Below are positions 26,686 to 35,980 of a stretch of 64,000 nt of DNA, piece by piece (the stretch's first letter is position 1; every line of letters starts with the position of its first letter). Source of the DNA: Candidatus Latescibacterota bacterium (GTDB lineage Bacteria > Latescibacterota > UBA2968). A program made the position numbers and the translations under genes. The stretch spans positions 1,472,001 through 1,536,000 of the forward strand of contig OZ242010.1 in the NCBI GenBank assembly GCA_965204745.1. The letters are read 5' to 3'. The notes below the pieces were generated by a model that had not been told where the DNA came from, made no database searches, and saw only the letters and a program-made list of their open reading frames with translations.

Positions 26686-27357
26686 CTATCCCCCCGGGAC
26701 CCGTACCGCTCGTTTAGCCTCGTCAATCACCCGTTCAAGCTCTATTGTTCTCTTTCGCAACGCGCAGGGCGTATCGCCAAATTTGTCCTCTGCGTTGACA
26801 TCGGCCCCCATTTTTTTTAGCAACGCTTCCATCTCACGGGCATCGACCACCGCCGCATAGTGCAATGGCGTCTTGCCATCTTTGGCCTTCGCATTGACAT
26901 CTGCTCCTTGGCTGAACAACAACTTTGCCGTTTTAAGCGCGTTGTGCCACGCGGCATAGTGCAACGGCGTCTTGCCATCTTTGGCCTTCGCATTGACATG
27001 GACACCGCGTTTTAACAACAATGCTGCTATCTCACATGCATTTCTTTTTCCAGCAACATGCAACGGCGTTCCCGCAAATTCCGCGGTGGCGCAGACATCG
27101 GCCTCATAGTTCAGCAAGACCCGTGTCGTTTCGAGCGCGTTGTACTTCGCCGCATAATGCAACGGCGTCATGCCATAGTTGGCCTTCACGTTGACATTAG
27201 CCCTCTGCTTCAACAAAGAGAGCGTCAGGGCGGGCAGGTTCAGACGCGCTGCAATATGCACGCCGGTCTCGCCCTTATTGTTCATCGCCTCCACGGATGG
27301 ATCGCGGCACACCTCCAGGCGAAATTTATCTTTTTCCATAGCGAGATTCGGAATCAT
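26686..27357 (-). CDS. Ankyrin-repeat protein
   Basis: About five GxTPLHxAA...LL..GADVNA repeats; SD GAGGAG before MIPNL. Confidence 0.93.
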   Translation of the reverse strand: MIPNLAMEKDKFRLEVCRDPSVEAMNNKGETGVHIAARLNLPALTLSLLKQRANVNVKANYGMTPLHYAAKYNALETTRVLLNYEADVCATAEFAGTPLHVAGKRNACEIAALLLKRGVHVNAKAKDGKTPLHYAAWHNALKTAKLLFSQGADVNAKAKDGKTPLHYAAVVDAREMEALLKKMGADVNAEDKFGDTPCALRKRTIELERVIDEAKRAVRVPGG

Positions 27358-27592
27358 TGTGTTCTCCTCTTTTATGATAAAGCGGTGTTTCTTACCGCTC
27401 ACACGCCCTTTCGCAAAGCCCATCTTTTAGGGTTAAGGGGTCTGACCTATCCCCCTGGCTCACTCGTTTTGCCCTTCGATTTTGGGTAGCCAGGCGGGGA
27501 CTGGCCCCTGATCGTTTCGCCGCTGGGTGCGAGGACAGGCACGGGGGTCTGTCCCTACGGTTGATGGGCCGTAGCGGACTGACCCCTGACCA

Positions 27593-28570
27593 CTAAACAT
27601 CCCCCGCCACGCGGTCGTAGAAGGACACGTATTGATCGCGGTTGTTGCCGTCGAGGAGGGACATGGCTTCGCGGGGGTGTTGGTTGTGCTGACCGGTGAT
27701 ATTGTAGGGCACGAGAGGCCCCCACGTCATCTCGCGGCGCAATTTGACGAAATGCGCTTCCAACAACTGATAGACCGGGCGAACCTTGAACTTGGGATTA
27801 CGCAGAAACCCGAGTAGCAATTCCATCGGACAATTGCCCGCGCCGCGTCCCAAGCCATCCACAGTGGCATCCACCCGGTTCGCGCCCAAAATAATGGCTT
27901 CGATGGTATTGGCAAAGGCCAGTTGCTGGTTGTTGTGTGCGTGAATGCCCACCTCTTTGCCCGTAGTGTGGGTGGCGTCCAGATATTTTCGCACGAGCAT
28001 ATCCACTTGTTCGCGGTACAGCGCGCCAAAGCTATCGACAACGCATATCGTACCCACCGGGGTTTCCAGCAGCACTTCCAATGCCTGATCGATCTCCACA
28101 TCTTGCACGGTCGAAATCGCCATGATATTGCAACTCGTTTCGTACCCCTTCTCATGGGCATCGCACACCATTTCAACGGCCTCGGGAATTTGCTCGACAT
28201 AGCACGCCACGCGCACCATATCGACCACGCTCTCGCTGCTCGGCAAAATGTCTTTGGCCCAATCGCTCTTGCCCGCATCGGCCATGATCGCCAGTTTCAT
28301 GCCCGTGGCTTCGGGGTCGTGATCCCCGGTGATTTTGCGAATGTCCTCTTCGTCGCTGTGCCGGAACGCGCCAAATTCCGCCGGGGGAAACATCTCTTTG
28401 GAGTTCCGGTACCCGATCTCCATGTAATCCACGCCCGCCGCAACGCAGGTTTCGTACACGGCTTTGACAAAATCATCGCCAAAATGATGGTCGTTCATCA
28501 GACCGCCATCCCGGATCGTACAATCGAGTACTTTGAGTTCCGGGCGATACGTAATCCAAGGTGCCTTCAT
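27593..28570 (-). CDS. DRE-TIM metallolyase (HMGL-like / 4-hydroxy-2-oxovalerate aldolase-like)
   Basis: LDCTIRDGG, VVDSFG, GIHAHNNQQLAFAN, GLGRGAGNC. Confidence 0.85.
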   Translation of the reverse strand: MKAPWITYRPELKVLDCTIRDGGLMNDHHFGDDFVKAVYETCVAAGVDYMEIGYRNSKEMFPPAEFGAFRHSDEEDIRKITGDHDPEATGMKLAIMADAGKSDWAKDILPSSESVVDMVRVACYVEQIPEAVEMVCDAHEKGYETSCNIMAISTVQDVEIDQALEVLLETPVGTICVVDSFGALYREQVDMLVRKYLDATHTTGKEVGIHAHNNQQLAFANTIEAIILGANRVDATVDGLGRGAGNCPMELLLGFLRNPKFKVRPVYQLLEAHFVKLRREMTWGPLVPYNITGQHNQHPREAMSLLDGNNRDQYVSFYDRVAGDV

Positions 28571-28697
28571 AAAAAATCCTTTCTAAAAAAATGGGAACGC
28601 GGATGAACGCGGCCGAGATAACCCTCTGTCGGAGTTGTACAACGTTGGTGAAAGAGGGATCGACTTTGGAAAACATCTTTGGTCTCGACATAATTTT

Positions 28698-29963
28698 CTA
28701 ATCGCTCTTGATCTCCCACCGCACCAGATGGTAGCCGCGTTTGCCGCGGCGCAAGACGAGGTGTTCTCCCGCGAGTCTTTCAGAGGAGTCTAAAATTCGG
28801 CGCGTATCGGTGCAGCGTTGCCCGTTGATGGAGATGGCGCCGTTCGCGATGTCTTCTCGAGCTTGGCGTTTGGACGATGAAATTCGGGCAACTACGAGCA
28901 AATCGATCAACCCGATTTCATCTGTGCTCTCAAGCGCGTAGGATGGCACATCGCTGAATCCTTCTTCGATCTCTCTCGCGGTCAAATCGCGCAACTCGCC
29001 GTAGAACAAGGCGTTGGAAATCCGCTGGGCGCGTTGGGTCGCCGCTTTGTCGTGGACCAGCGTGGTCAGTTCTTCGGCCAGCACGCGCTGCGCCTCGCGC
29101 TTTTCTGGGCGTTCTCGCACCTCTGTTGCCAGATCGAGAAGCGCATCTTTCGGCAAAAAGGTGAGCAGCTTCAAAAATTGCATCACGTCGCGGTCGTCTG
29201 CGTTGATCCAGCATTGGTAGAACTGGTAGGGCGTTGTTTTGTTTGCGTCCAGCCAAACCGCGCCAGATTCGGTCTTGCCGAATTTGGTGCCATCTGCCTT
29301 TTGCAACAAGGGGAATGTCAGGCCGTACGCCTGCTGGTTCAGCCGCCTGCGAAGCAACTCGATCCCGGCGGTGATATTGCCCCACTGATCGCTGCCGCCG
29401 ATCTGGAGTTCACAGCCGTACTGGGCGTGCAGTTCTGCAAAGTCGTACGCCTGTAAGACCATGTAACTAAATTCGGTAAATGAAATCCCGGTCTTGAGCC
29501 GCGACGACACGGATTCCTTCGCCAGCATGTAGCCCATGGAAAAGTGCTTGCCCACATCGCGCAAAAATTCAATCGCCTTGAGCTCGGACAGCCAGCCCAA
29601 ATTGCTCACCACCCGCGCCGGATTTGACTTGGCCTCAAAATCCAAAAATTTCGCCAACTGCGCGGTCTGTCGCTCGGTATAAGCCGCCACGACCTCGGGC
29701 GTATTCAATGCGCGCTCCTCTGTTTTGCCACCCGGATCGCCGATCAACCCGGTGCCGCCGCCGATCAAGCCAATGGGATGATGCCCTGCCAGTTGAAAAC
29801 GCCGCAAGCCCAAAATCGGAATCAGATTGCCCACCTGCAGGCTATCCGCGGTCGGGTCAAACCCGCAATACAGCGTCACAGGCCCGGCGGACAACCGCTT
29901 GCGTAGGCCATCCGTCATCTGAAAAATAGAGTTGCGAAACGCCAAATCGTCTAATACATCCAT
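28698..29963 (-). CDS. tyrS: Tyrosine--tRNA ligase
   Basis: YCGFDPTADSL, QIGGSDQWGNI, KFGKT, C-terminal S4 domain with RRGK. Confidence 0.98.
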   Translation of the reverse strand: MDVLDDLAFRNSIFQMTDGLRKRLSAGPVTLYCGFDPTADSLQVGNLIPILGLRRFQLAGHHPIGLIGGGTGLIGDPGGKTEERALNTPEVVAAYTERQTAQLAKFLDFEAKSNPARVVSNLGWLSELKAIEFLRDVGKHFSMGYMLAKESVSSRLKTGISFTEFSYMVLQAYDFAELHAQYGCELQIGGSDQWGNITAGIELLRRRLNQQAYGLTFPLLQKADGTKFGKTESGAVWLDANKTTPYQFYQCWINADDRDVMQFLKLLTFLPKDALLDLATEVRERPEKREAQRVLAEELTTLVHDKAATQRAQRISNALFYGELRDLTAREIEEGFSDVPSYALESTDEIGLIDLLVVARISSSKRQAREDIANGAISINGQRCTDTRRILDSSERLAGEHLVLRRGKRGYHLVRWEIKSD

Positions 29964-29979
29964 CGTTTGTCTCCAAAAA

Positions 29980-30200
29980 TGCAGTGGTCAGGCCGCCCCG
30001 CTCAACCCCTTCGGTAAGACGTAAGAGGTGAGACGTAAGAGGTGAGACGTAGGGGCGATGCCCCTGTGCTCGCCCGAAGATAAATGCAGTGGTCAGTAGT
30101 CAGTAGTCAGTGGTCAGTCCCCGCCCAACAACCCCAAAAGACGAGAAGCGAATTGTAGGGACGATGCCCCCGTGCTCGCCCGAAAATCAGTGGTCAGTGG
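29980..30200. repeat. Composite repeat cluster (heptamers GAGACGT/CAGTRGT and two GTAG REPs)
   Basis: AAGACGTAAGAGGTGAGACGT tandem; CAGTGGTCAGTAGTCAGTAGT; REPs at 30049-30075 and 30155-30181. Confidence 0.8.
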
Positions 30201-30235
30201 CGTGAAGAGCTATTGCCTACTTGTTTGGGGATTGC

Positions 30236-30320
30236 AAAAAGACAGGCTCCTTCGGAGATTGGGCATAGTTGTCACCGCAACAACTTACCCGTTCTCACCT
30301 TTCTCACCAGGAACCTGTCA
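30236..30320 (-). ncRNA. Candidate ~85-nt rod-shaped small RNA
   Basis: Promoter TTGACG(30354)-17-TATCTT(30331-30326); closing stem GACAGGUUCCU/AGGAGCCUGUC, inner stems GGGUA/UGCCC and AGUUGUU/GACAACU, followed by a U5 tract. Confidence 0.6.
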
Positions 30321-30409
30321 TGCCCAAGATAGCCTCTTCCAAGACCTCCGTCAAGTTCCGAGTACGAGGACAAGCACAGGGGCCTGTCCCTACGAGCAAA
30401 CTGGTATAA

Positions 30410-31339
30410 TTACTGCTCCTGCCTCTCCGAGCGATTGGGCAATAAAAATACGCCATTGAAAGAACGGGTGGACGCTTCTTCCAAAAACGCGACCTCGGCT
30501 TCAAAATCGCGCCGAATGACCGTGCGGTCCGCGGTGTCTTCAACACTGGCCTCGAGTTGCCGATCCAGCAAATCGAAAATTTTGCGCCGCACCGCTGCCT
30601 TCATCGCGCCTGCGTCAAAGCACGTTTGGCGAAACGCCTCAACCTGCGCTGAGGATGGCAACAGGGATTCCAAATCCAATGCCAGTGCCAAAATGAGATT
30701 GCGTAACAACCCGTCATACGTGCGCCCATCGACCGCGGATTCCAACTCGACCAGCGCGGATTGGGGAATGGAGCGCGAAAACGCGAGACGTCGAAGCGCG
30801 GTCGCATAAGCCGCGTAATCCCGCTTGGGGTCCACCAGTTGTGGAACTTCTTCCTCGTCATCCGGCGGGCGGTACCAAGTCTCGGGGATGGCTTTTGCCC
30901 AGCGGGACACATCGCGGTATTCCGGTTGCAAAACAGTCACCTCGGGCCGCAGCAACAGCAAGCGACACTCGCGGACCATCTCTTGCAAGCGGAAAAACGC
31001 GATCTCGTACCCGCGCTTGCGGCAACCTTCAAAATCGCCCTGCGCGATGATCTCCACCGCCCGATTCAAGTCGCCCTCTGCATTCGCCTCCAAGCCCAAG
31101 TCCAGCGCAATCAACGCCTGCCGCACCCCGTGTTCTAACTCCTCGCGCCGAATGGCAATGCCCGACCGGTTGCGCTTGCCATAGTGCAAGCCCCGCACGC
31201 GCAAAAAGCCCAACAGCGCGTCCCCGGCATTGGGCGGCAACTTTTCAAAGCGCGTGCCCAATTCAAGGGCCTGCCCGACAAAGCTCTCTGAATCGATGCG
31301 AAACCGGCTTAAATCCAGCCTTGCGAGTGGGTTTTGCAT
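30410..31339 (-). CDS. Hypothetical protein
   Basis: 309-aa ORF with native codon usage and SD GAGGA; no recognised motif. Confidence 0.75.
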   Translation of the reverse strand: MQNPLARLDLSRFRIDSESFVGQALELGTRFEKLPPNAGDALLGFLRVRGLHYGKRNRSGIAIRREELEHGVRQALIALDLGLEANAEGDLNRAVEIIAQGDFEGCRKRGYEIAFFRLQEMVRECRLLLLRPEVTVLQPEYRDVSRWAKAIPETWYRPPDDEEEVPQLVDPKRDYAAYATALRRLAFSRSIPQSALVELESAVDGRTYDGLLRNLILALALDLESLLPSSAQVEAFRQTCFDAGAMKAAVRRKIFDLLDRQLEASVEDTADRTVIRRDFEAEVAFLEEASTRSFNGVFLLPNRSERQEQ

Positions 31340-31360
31340 GGGAAATCCTCAGTCGTCAGC

Positions 31361-31512
31361 AAAAGGCGTGAGAGGCAAAAGGCGTGAGAGGCAAGATGTG
31401 AGAGGCGAGAGGCGTGAGAGGCAAGACGCGAGAGGCAAGACGTGAGAGGCAAGACGTGAGAGGCGAGACGTGAGAGGCAAGACGCGAGAGGCAAGACGTG
31501 AGAGGCGAGAAG
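31361..31512. repeat. Heptamer tandem microsatellite (about 21 units of GAGAGGC/AAGACGT variants)
   Basis: GCGTGAGAGGCAAAAGGCGTGAGAGGCAAGATGTGAGAGGCGAGA... with 7-bp periodicity. Confidence 0.9.
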
Positions 31513-31715
31513 GCCGCCCCACCACCACCCGTGCGGCCTCACCTCCCTTCCCCGCCACCCGTGCGTTCCCGTCCCGTCCCCACCCCGCCCCCGTGCTCGC
31601 CCGAAGATAAATGCAGTGGTCAGTTGTCAGTCCCTGCCCAAAACCGAGACGCGAGACCGTAGGGGCGTCACTCCTGCGGAATCAGGCGTCCAGTGACTTT
31701 GCGGTTTTAATCCGC

Positions 31716-33425
31716 TCACTCCCTCTCCACATACACATAGTACGCGCCGAGGGAGAGGTCGTTGCCATCGGTGAGTTCGGTTTCGAGGCTGGTCTCGCCG
31801 GCGTCGAGGGTGTAGGTGAACGCAATCCCTTTGTCATTGGGGCCGATGGATTGCGTTTTTTTTGTACCGCCGACGCGGATGCGCGCGGTGGTCACGGCGA
31901 TGGCGTTGCCCCCGTAATAGGGCGTGAGTTTGCCGGGGATGCCCTCGGCGATGGCGCGGTCTTCTTCGCGCGGCCAGCGGCGCAGTTCAAAGGTGTAGGT
32001 GCCTGGCTCGGCGACGTCGATTGTCCAGCGGCCATTGCAGGCCATGCCCTTGCGGATCATCGCCTGATTCCAAGCGGCTTCGCTGTTTTCATTGTGCCAG
32101 TCGTGCGTGGTGATCACCGAGACGGGTTCTCGGTCAGAGCCGACGACAATGGGCACATCTTCGCCAAAGCGTTCAGAAACGAGCGCCCACCAGTCCTCGT
32201 AGTGTTGGCGCAACTCTGCGACGACTGCGGGATGCCGATCCGCGACATTGTGCCGTTGTTCGGGATCCACCTCCATGTCGTAGAGTTCGTCGCCGTTGAC
32301 CAGACGCCAACGCTGCGTCATGGTCGCGCACTTGCGCCATTTGATCGGGGTCTCAACGCGCTGCGAGTCCGTGACCAAAACGCGGTCGGGCCAGTTGTCC
32401 GCGCTGTCGAGGAGCGGTTTGACGCTCGCCCCGTTGATGCGCGCCATGGCCTCGTCGTCGATGGGCACGCCGCACAGGTCGCACAGGGTGGGCAAAAAGT
32501 CGATGTTGGCGATGAGGGTGTCGATGTCGCGCCCGGCAGTGTATCCCCCGGCAGGCCAGTGAAAGAAGAAGGGCACGCGATGCCCCCCGTCGTATTCCGA
32601 GCCTTTTTTTCCACGCATGCCCGCGTTGAACCCGTCTGTGACAAAGCCCTTGCCGTCGAGGTTGCAGCCGTTGGCCGTGCCATTGTCGGTCATGAAGATG
32701 AAGATGGTGTTCTCCTCCAAGCCCTTTTCCCGGAGGAAGGCGCGCATGAGGCCCACGTTTTCGTCGATGTTGGTGATCATGCCGTAAAACCTGTCGCGTT
32801 GCCCGGGCAGGTCATCCCCGTTGTAGAGTTCCCGGTAGTGATCTGCCACATTGAAGGGGCCGTGCGGCGCGTTGGTCGGAATGTAGCAGAAAAAGGGATC
32901 GTCGCCGCAATCTGCGATGAATTTTTTGGCTTCGTCAAACCAGATGTCCGTGCAATAGCCCCTGAATTTTTCCGGGACCCCGTTGCGGAAGTACGTGTCG
33001 TTAAAATAGGTGTTGCCCCAGTAGTCCGGGGTTTGGTGGACGCCGCCGCCGCCGTGGTAGACGACTGTGTCAAAACCTCGGTCGTGGGGGTGAAACGGGT
33101 AGTTGTCGCCCAAATGCCACTTGCCAAACATGCCGGTGCGATACCCCGCGGCCTTAAAAAAGTCGGCGATAGTGGTTTCATCGCGGCGCAACAGGGAACG
33201 CCCGGCAATGGTGTGCCACACGCCCGTGCAGTTGCAATAGCGCCCGGTCATAATGCCGGCTCGCGTGGGCGCGCAAGTGGGGCCGACGTGGTAATTGGTA
33301 AAACGCACACTTTCCGCGTGCAATGCGTCGAGATTAGGCGTTTGGATGACGTCATTGCCATGACAACCCAGATCGCCATAGCCTTGATCATCGGTGATCA
33401 CAAAAACCACATTGGGAGAAGACAT
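31716..33425 (-). CDS. Arylsulfatase (formylglycine-dependent, Cys type)
   Basis: PNVVFVITDDQGYGD, CAPTRAGIMTGR (CxPxR), GKWHLG, FMTDNG, MRGKKGSEYDGGHRVP; start MSSPN with SD AAGGAG. Confidence 0.95.
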   Translation of the reverse strand: MSSPNVVFVITDDQGYGDLGCHGNDVIQTPNLDALHAESVRFTNYHVGPTCAPTRAGIMTGRYCNCTGVWHTIAGRSLLRRDETTIADFFKAAGYRTGMFGKWHLGDNYPFHPHDRGFDTVVYHGGGGVHQTPDYWGNTYFNDTYFRNGVPEKFRGYCTDIWFDEAKKFIADCGDDPFFCYIPTNAPHGPFNVADHYRELYNGDDLPGQRDRFYGMITNIDENVGLMRAFLREKGLEENTIFIFMTDNGTANGCNLDGKGFVTDGFNAGMRGKKGSEYDGGHRVPFFFHWPAGGYTAGRDIDTLIANIDFLPTLCDLCGVPIDDEAMARINGASVKPLLDSADNWPDRVLVTDSQRVETPIKWRKCATMTQRWRLVNGDELYDMEVDPEQRHNVADRHPAVVAELRQHYEDWWALVSERFGEDVPIVVGSDREPVSVITTHDWHNENSEAAWNQAMIRKGMACNGRWTIDVAEPGTYTFELRRWPREEDRAIAEGIPGKLTPYYGGNAIAVTTARIRVGGTKKTQSIGPNDKGIAFTYTLDAGETSLETELTDGNDLSLGAYYVYVERE

Positions 33426-33559
33426 AATAAACTCCTTTGGGAAGTGAGAGGCGGGAGGTGAGAGGCGAGAAGTGAGATGGAAGTTTAGCCACGAGCGGGG
33501 TACAACTGGCGACAGCCAGTTCAGACGCGCTTTATCGATCAGATTCTCGGTCATGCATT

Positions 33560-34363
33560 TCAAACCGTTTTCTGTAATTCCTTCAAATAATTCAGCGTAT
33601 CTCGGATACTCGCCTCAGTTGTATCGGACGCGCCTTTCTCCACGCACAGCGGGCCTGTGTAGCCTGCGGCGTCTAAAATTTTCAGACAGGTCTTCAACTG
33701 ATACCCCATCGTCTCGCCATCTCGCGTCCAGGTTTGCGCGCCATCGTCGCTGTAATTGAACACCTTGACATGGCATGAAAACGCCCGCGGAGCCAGCACG
33801 CGCATGCCGGCTTCCCAATCCCCATCCGGAAAATTCGCCGTATCGGGACAAGTCGCAAACCAATCCGAATCCACGCCATCCAAAATCCGTTGCAAATTGC
33901 CAGCCGAAGACGACACCCCGCCGTGGTTTTCCACCAGCAACCGCACACCGGCCTGCTCGCCCACGGACACCAACTCCCGATAGCCCGCGATCACCCGGTG
34001 CATGGCCTCATCGTCGTCTGTGTGCCCCGTATTGATCCGGATGGCTTCAGAACCCACGGCCGCTGCCGTGTAAAACCACTGCTTCAACGCCTCCAAATCC
34101 GTGCGGCGCACCGCCTCATCTGCACCCGCGATATTGCCCATATCCACGGCGATATTACGCACGGACAGCCCATTGTCGGCCAGCCGCCTCCGAAGCTCAT
34201 TCAAATACCGCGCATCCTGGCTCTCAAAAAACCGCGAACACAACTCCACGGTCTTCACGCCATGCGCGGCACACACCGCGGGAAACGCCAGCAAAGTCAA
34301 CGACTTCTCCCGCAAAATTTCACCACTGACCACCCATCCAGCGATGCCGAGTTCACATTCCAT
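33560..34363 (-). CDS. Sugar phosphate isomerase/epimerase (xylose-isomerase-like TIM barrel)
   Basis: LLVENHGG, CPDTANF, CHVK, GYTGPLCVE metal ligands. Confidence 0.85.
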   Translation of the reverse strand: MECELGIAGWVVSGEILREKSLTLLAFPAVCAAHGVKTVELCSRFFESQDARYLNELRRRLADNGLSVRNIAVDMGNIAGADEAVRRTDLEALKQWFYTAAAVGSEAIRINTGHTDDDEAMHRVIAGYRELVSVGEQAGVRLLVENHGGVSSSAGNLQRILDGVDSDWFATCPDTANFPDGDWEAGMRVLAPRAFSCHVKVFNYSDDGAQTWTRDGETMGYQLKTCLKILDAAGYTGPLCVEKGASDTTEASIRDTLNYLKELQKTV

Positions 34364-34409
34364 GGTCATCTCCACAAAAAAAGTAAGAGGATTGAGAAGG
34401 CCACCCATC

Positions 34410-34979
34410 CTAATCCGTCCAACTCATAACTTCATTCAAAGACTTCCGCCGCGCTTCTGGGATTTCGTCCGGATAGCCCGAATAGAAAAAGCCGATGATG
34501 TATTCCTTATCCGCGTCGATACCCAGCGCGTCATAAGTACTTCTTTCCAACGTAATCGGCCCGGTGCTCCACTGCATGCCGACCCCTTCTGCCCATGCAA
34601 TTAGTTGCACATTTTGCATCGCACAACACGCCGCCGCGTAATCTTCTCGGTTCTTCACCTCGTCGCCATCTTGCAAACACGCCACCGCAACAATGGTCGG
34701 CTTCGACATAAACTTGGCATAGCCCGCTTCATTCAAGATCCTTCTCGCCTCGTCACTCGCGCTTTCAGCGGCCTTGGCCTCCTGAATTTCAGCGTAGCGT
34801 CTCGCCAGCCGCTCTTTGGTCTGTTCGCCCAACACCACAAAACGCCACGGCTCGGTCAAATGGTGATTGGGCGCCCACAGGCCGGCCTCAAAAATTTTCT
34901 CAATCACCTCTTTGGGCACACCGCCCGGGCGAAACTTAAAAATCGTGCGCCGCGTGTGAATGGCCTTCAAAACATCCAT
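34410..34979 (-). CDS. Nitroreductase family protein (YdjA-like)
   Basis: AIHTRRTIFKF, WAPNHHLTEPWRF, AMQNVQLIAWAEGVGMQWSTG. Confidence 0.9.
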   Translation of the reverse strand: MDVLKAIHTRRTIFKFRPGGVPKEVIEKIFEAGLWAPNHHLTEPWRFVVLGEQTKERLARRYAEIQEAKAAESASDEARRILNEAGYAKFMSKPTIVAVACLQDGDEVKNREDYAAACCAMQNVQLIAWAEGVGMQWSTGPITLERSTYDALGIDADKEYIIGFFYSGYPDEIPEARRKSLNEVMSWTD

Positions 34980-35109
34980 CGCGTACCTCCTATTGGATCT
35001 CCGTGAAAGTGACAAAAAAAAATAAGGCAGAATCTCGAAAAAAGAAAGGAGAAAGAAGAACGATTTGACGGGTTCTCCTTTCTCCTTTTCAGTGACAGAT
35101 CCAACGCAT

Positions 35110-35700
35110 TCATTGCGATTTTCGCACCAGCACGTTGGTCTCTTCAAACAAGTCAAACAAGCCCTCGATCTCGGGGGCCTGCGTTTTAAGAAAATTGTAA
35201 TTCTCCAAACGGGTTGCGGTAATCGCGATAGATCCCTTTTCCGGCTCGACATGGGGCAGTACATTGGGATGCTGTTTGAGAAAGTCGTGGAGTATGAACG
35301 GATCCATGAGCAAAAAATCCATCTTTGCATCGGTCAAACGCACCTTTGCAACCGTGTGCATCGGCAACAAATATAAAAGTCGGTCAACCGGCCAGTCGTC
35401 GGGACGTTCAGCCACGAGATCGAGAAAGACCTGGCGGTCAATGCCAAACGCAGTGCCGATAAAACGCATGGTATCGGACTCGGTGGTGATATGCACGCGC
35501 ATCGCGTTTTCTTTTTTTAGTTTTTCAATTTTGACCCATATCCCATTCTCCGCGTTGTGCCAACTTCCCGCGAACAAATCCGAATTGACTTCCGCGCTTT
35601 CGGGAAAAACCGGCATCGCGAAATTGGCAACGCCAAACTCGAAATTCTCGCAACCAGCCAAAAACAGCGCGAGAACAAGGGGCGCAATCCACCTGCTCAT
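35110..35700 (-). CDS. Putative lipoprotein
   Basis: MSRWIAPLVLALFLAGC lipobox; SD GGAGG. Confidence 0.75.
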   Translation of the reverse strand: MSRWIAPLVLALFLAGCENFEFGVANFAMPVFPESAEVNSDLFAGSWHNAENGIWVKIEKLKKENAMRVHITTESDTMRFIGTAFGIDRQVFLDLVAERPDDWPVDRLLYLLPMHTVAKVRLTDAKMDFLLMDPFILHDFLKQHPNVLPHVEPEKGSIAITATRLENYNFLKTQAPEIEGLFDLFEETNVLVRKSQ

Positions 35701-35718
35701 AACAACCTCCAAACGGAA

Positions 35719-35868
35719 GACGTGAGACGTGAGACGTAAGATGGGATTTTAGCCACAAAAGGCACGAGCGGGGTACAACTGGCGACAGCCAGTTCAAAGG
35801 CACAAAAGGGGTACAACTGGCAATAGCCAGTTCAAAGGGGTACAACTGGCGATAGCCCGTTCAAAGGC
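35719..35868. repeat. Heptamers plus three tandem GGGGTACAACTGGCNAYAGCCAGTTC hairpin modules
   Basis: Copies near 35763, 35808 and 35837. Confidence 0.85.
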
Positions 35869-35980
35869 GGGCAGCGACGATGCCCCTCGCCCAAATATAC
35901 GAGACGGGAGACGTAATATTAGAGGCTTGACCCAAAGAGACTGCCTGCGTCTACCTACATTCATCGGTGTTCATCCCGGC

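Noticed and set aside
29964-30354. T-box riboswitch upstream of tyrS
   Set aside because: GGUGAGA motifs are present, but I found no T-box antiterminator sequence (UGGNACC) or specifier stem.
31230-31558. Short ORFs with (SRLASHV)n-like peptides
   Set aside because: Products of the heptamer microsatellite; no independent coding evidence.
3101-33461. Long antisense ORFs such as 3101..4516, 12502..13680, 20420..22342, 25479..26717 and 31611..33461
   Set aside because: They mirror well-supported genes on the opposite strand, as expected in GC-rich DNA, and show no protein motifs.
33426-33563. N-terminal extension of the sulfatase through the repeat module (similar extensions for cas1, cas2, cas8c, dppB, uvrC, 60776 and 62322 ORFs)
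   Set aside because: Better downstream starts match the family N-termini, most with clear SD sequences; the extensions are longest-ORF artefacts.
35763-35868. Tandem hairpin modules as a second CRISPR array
   Set aside because: No unique spacers of regular length; the unit is dispersed through the window as an intergenic repeat.
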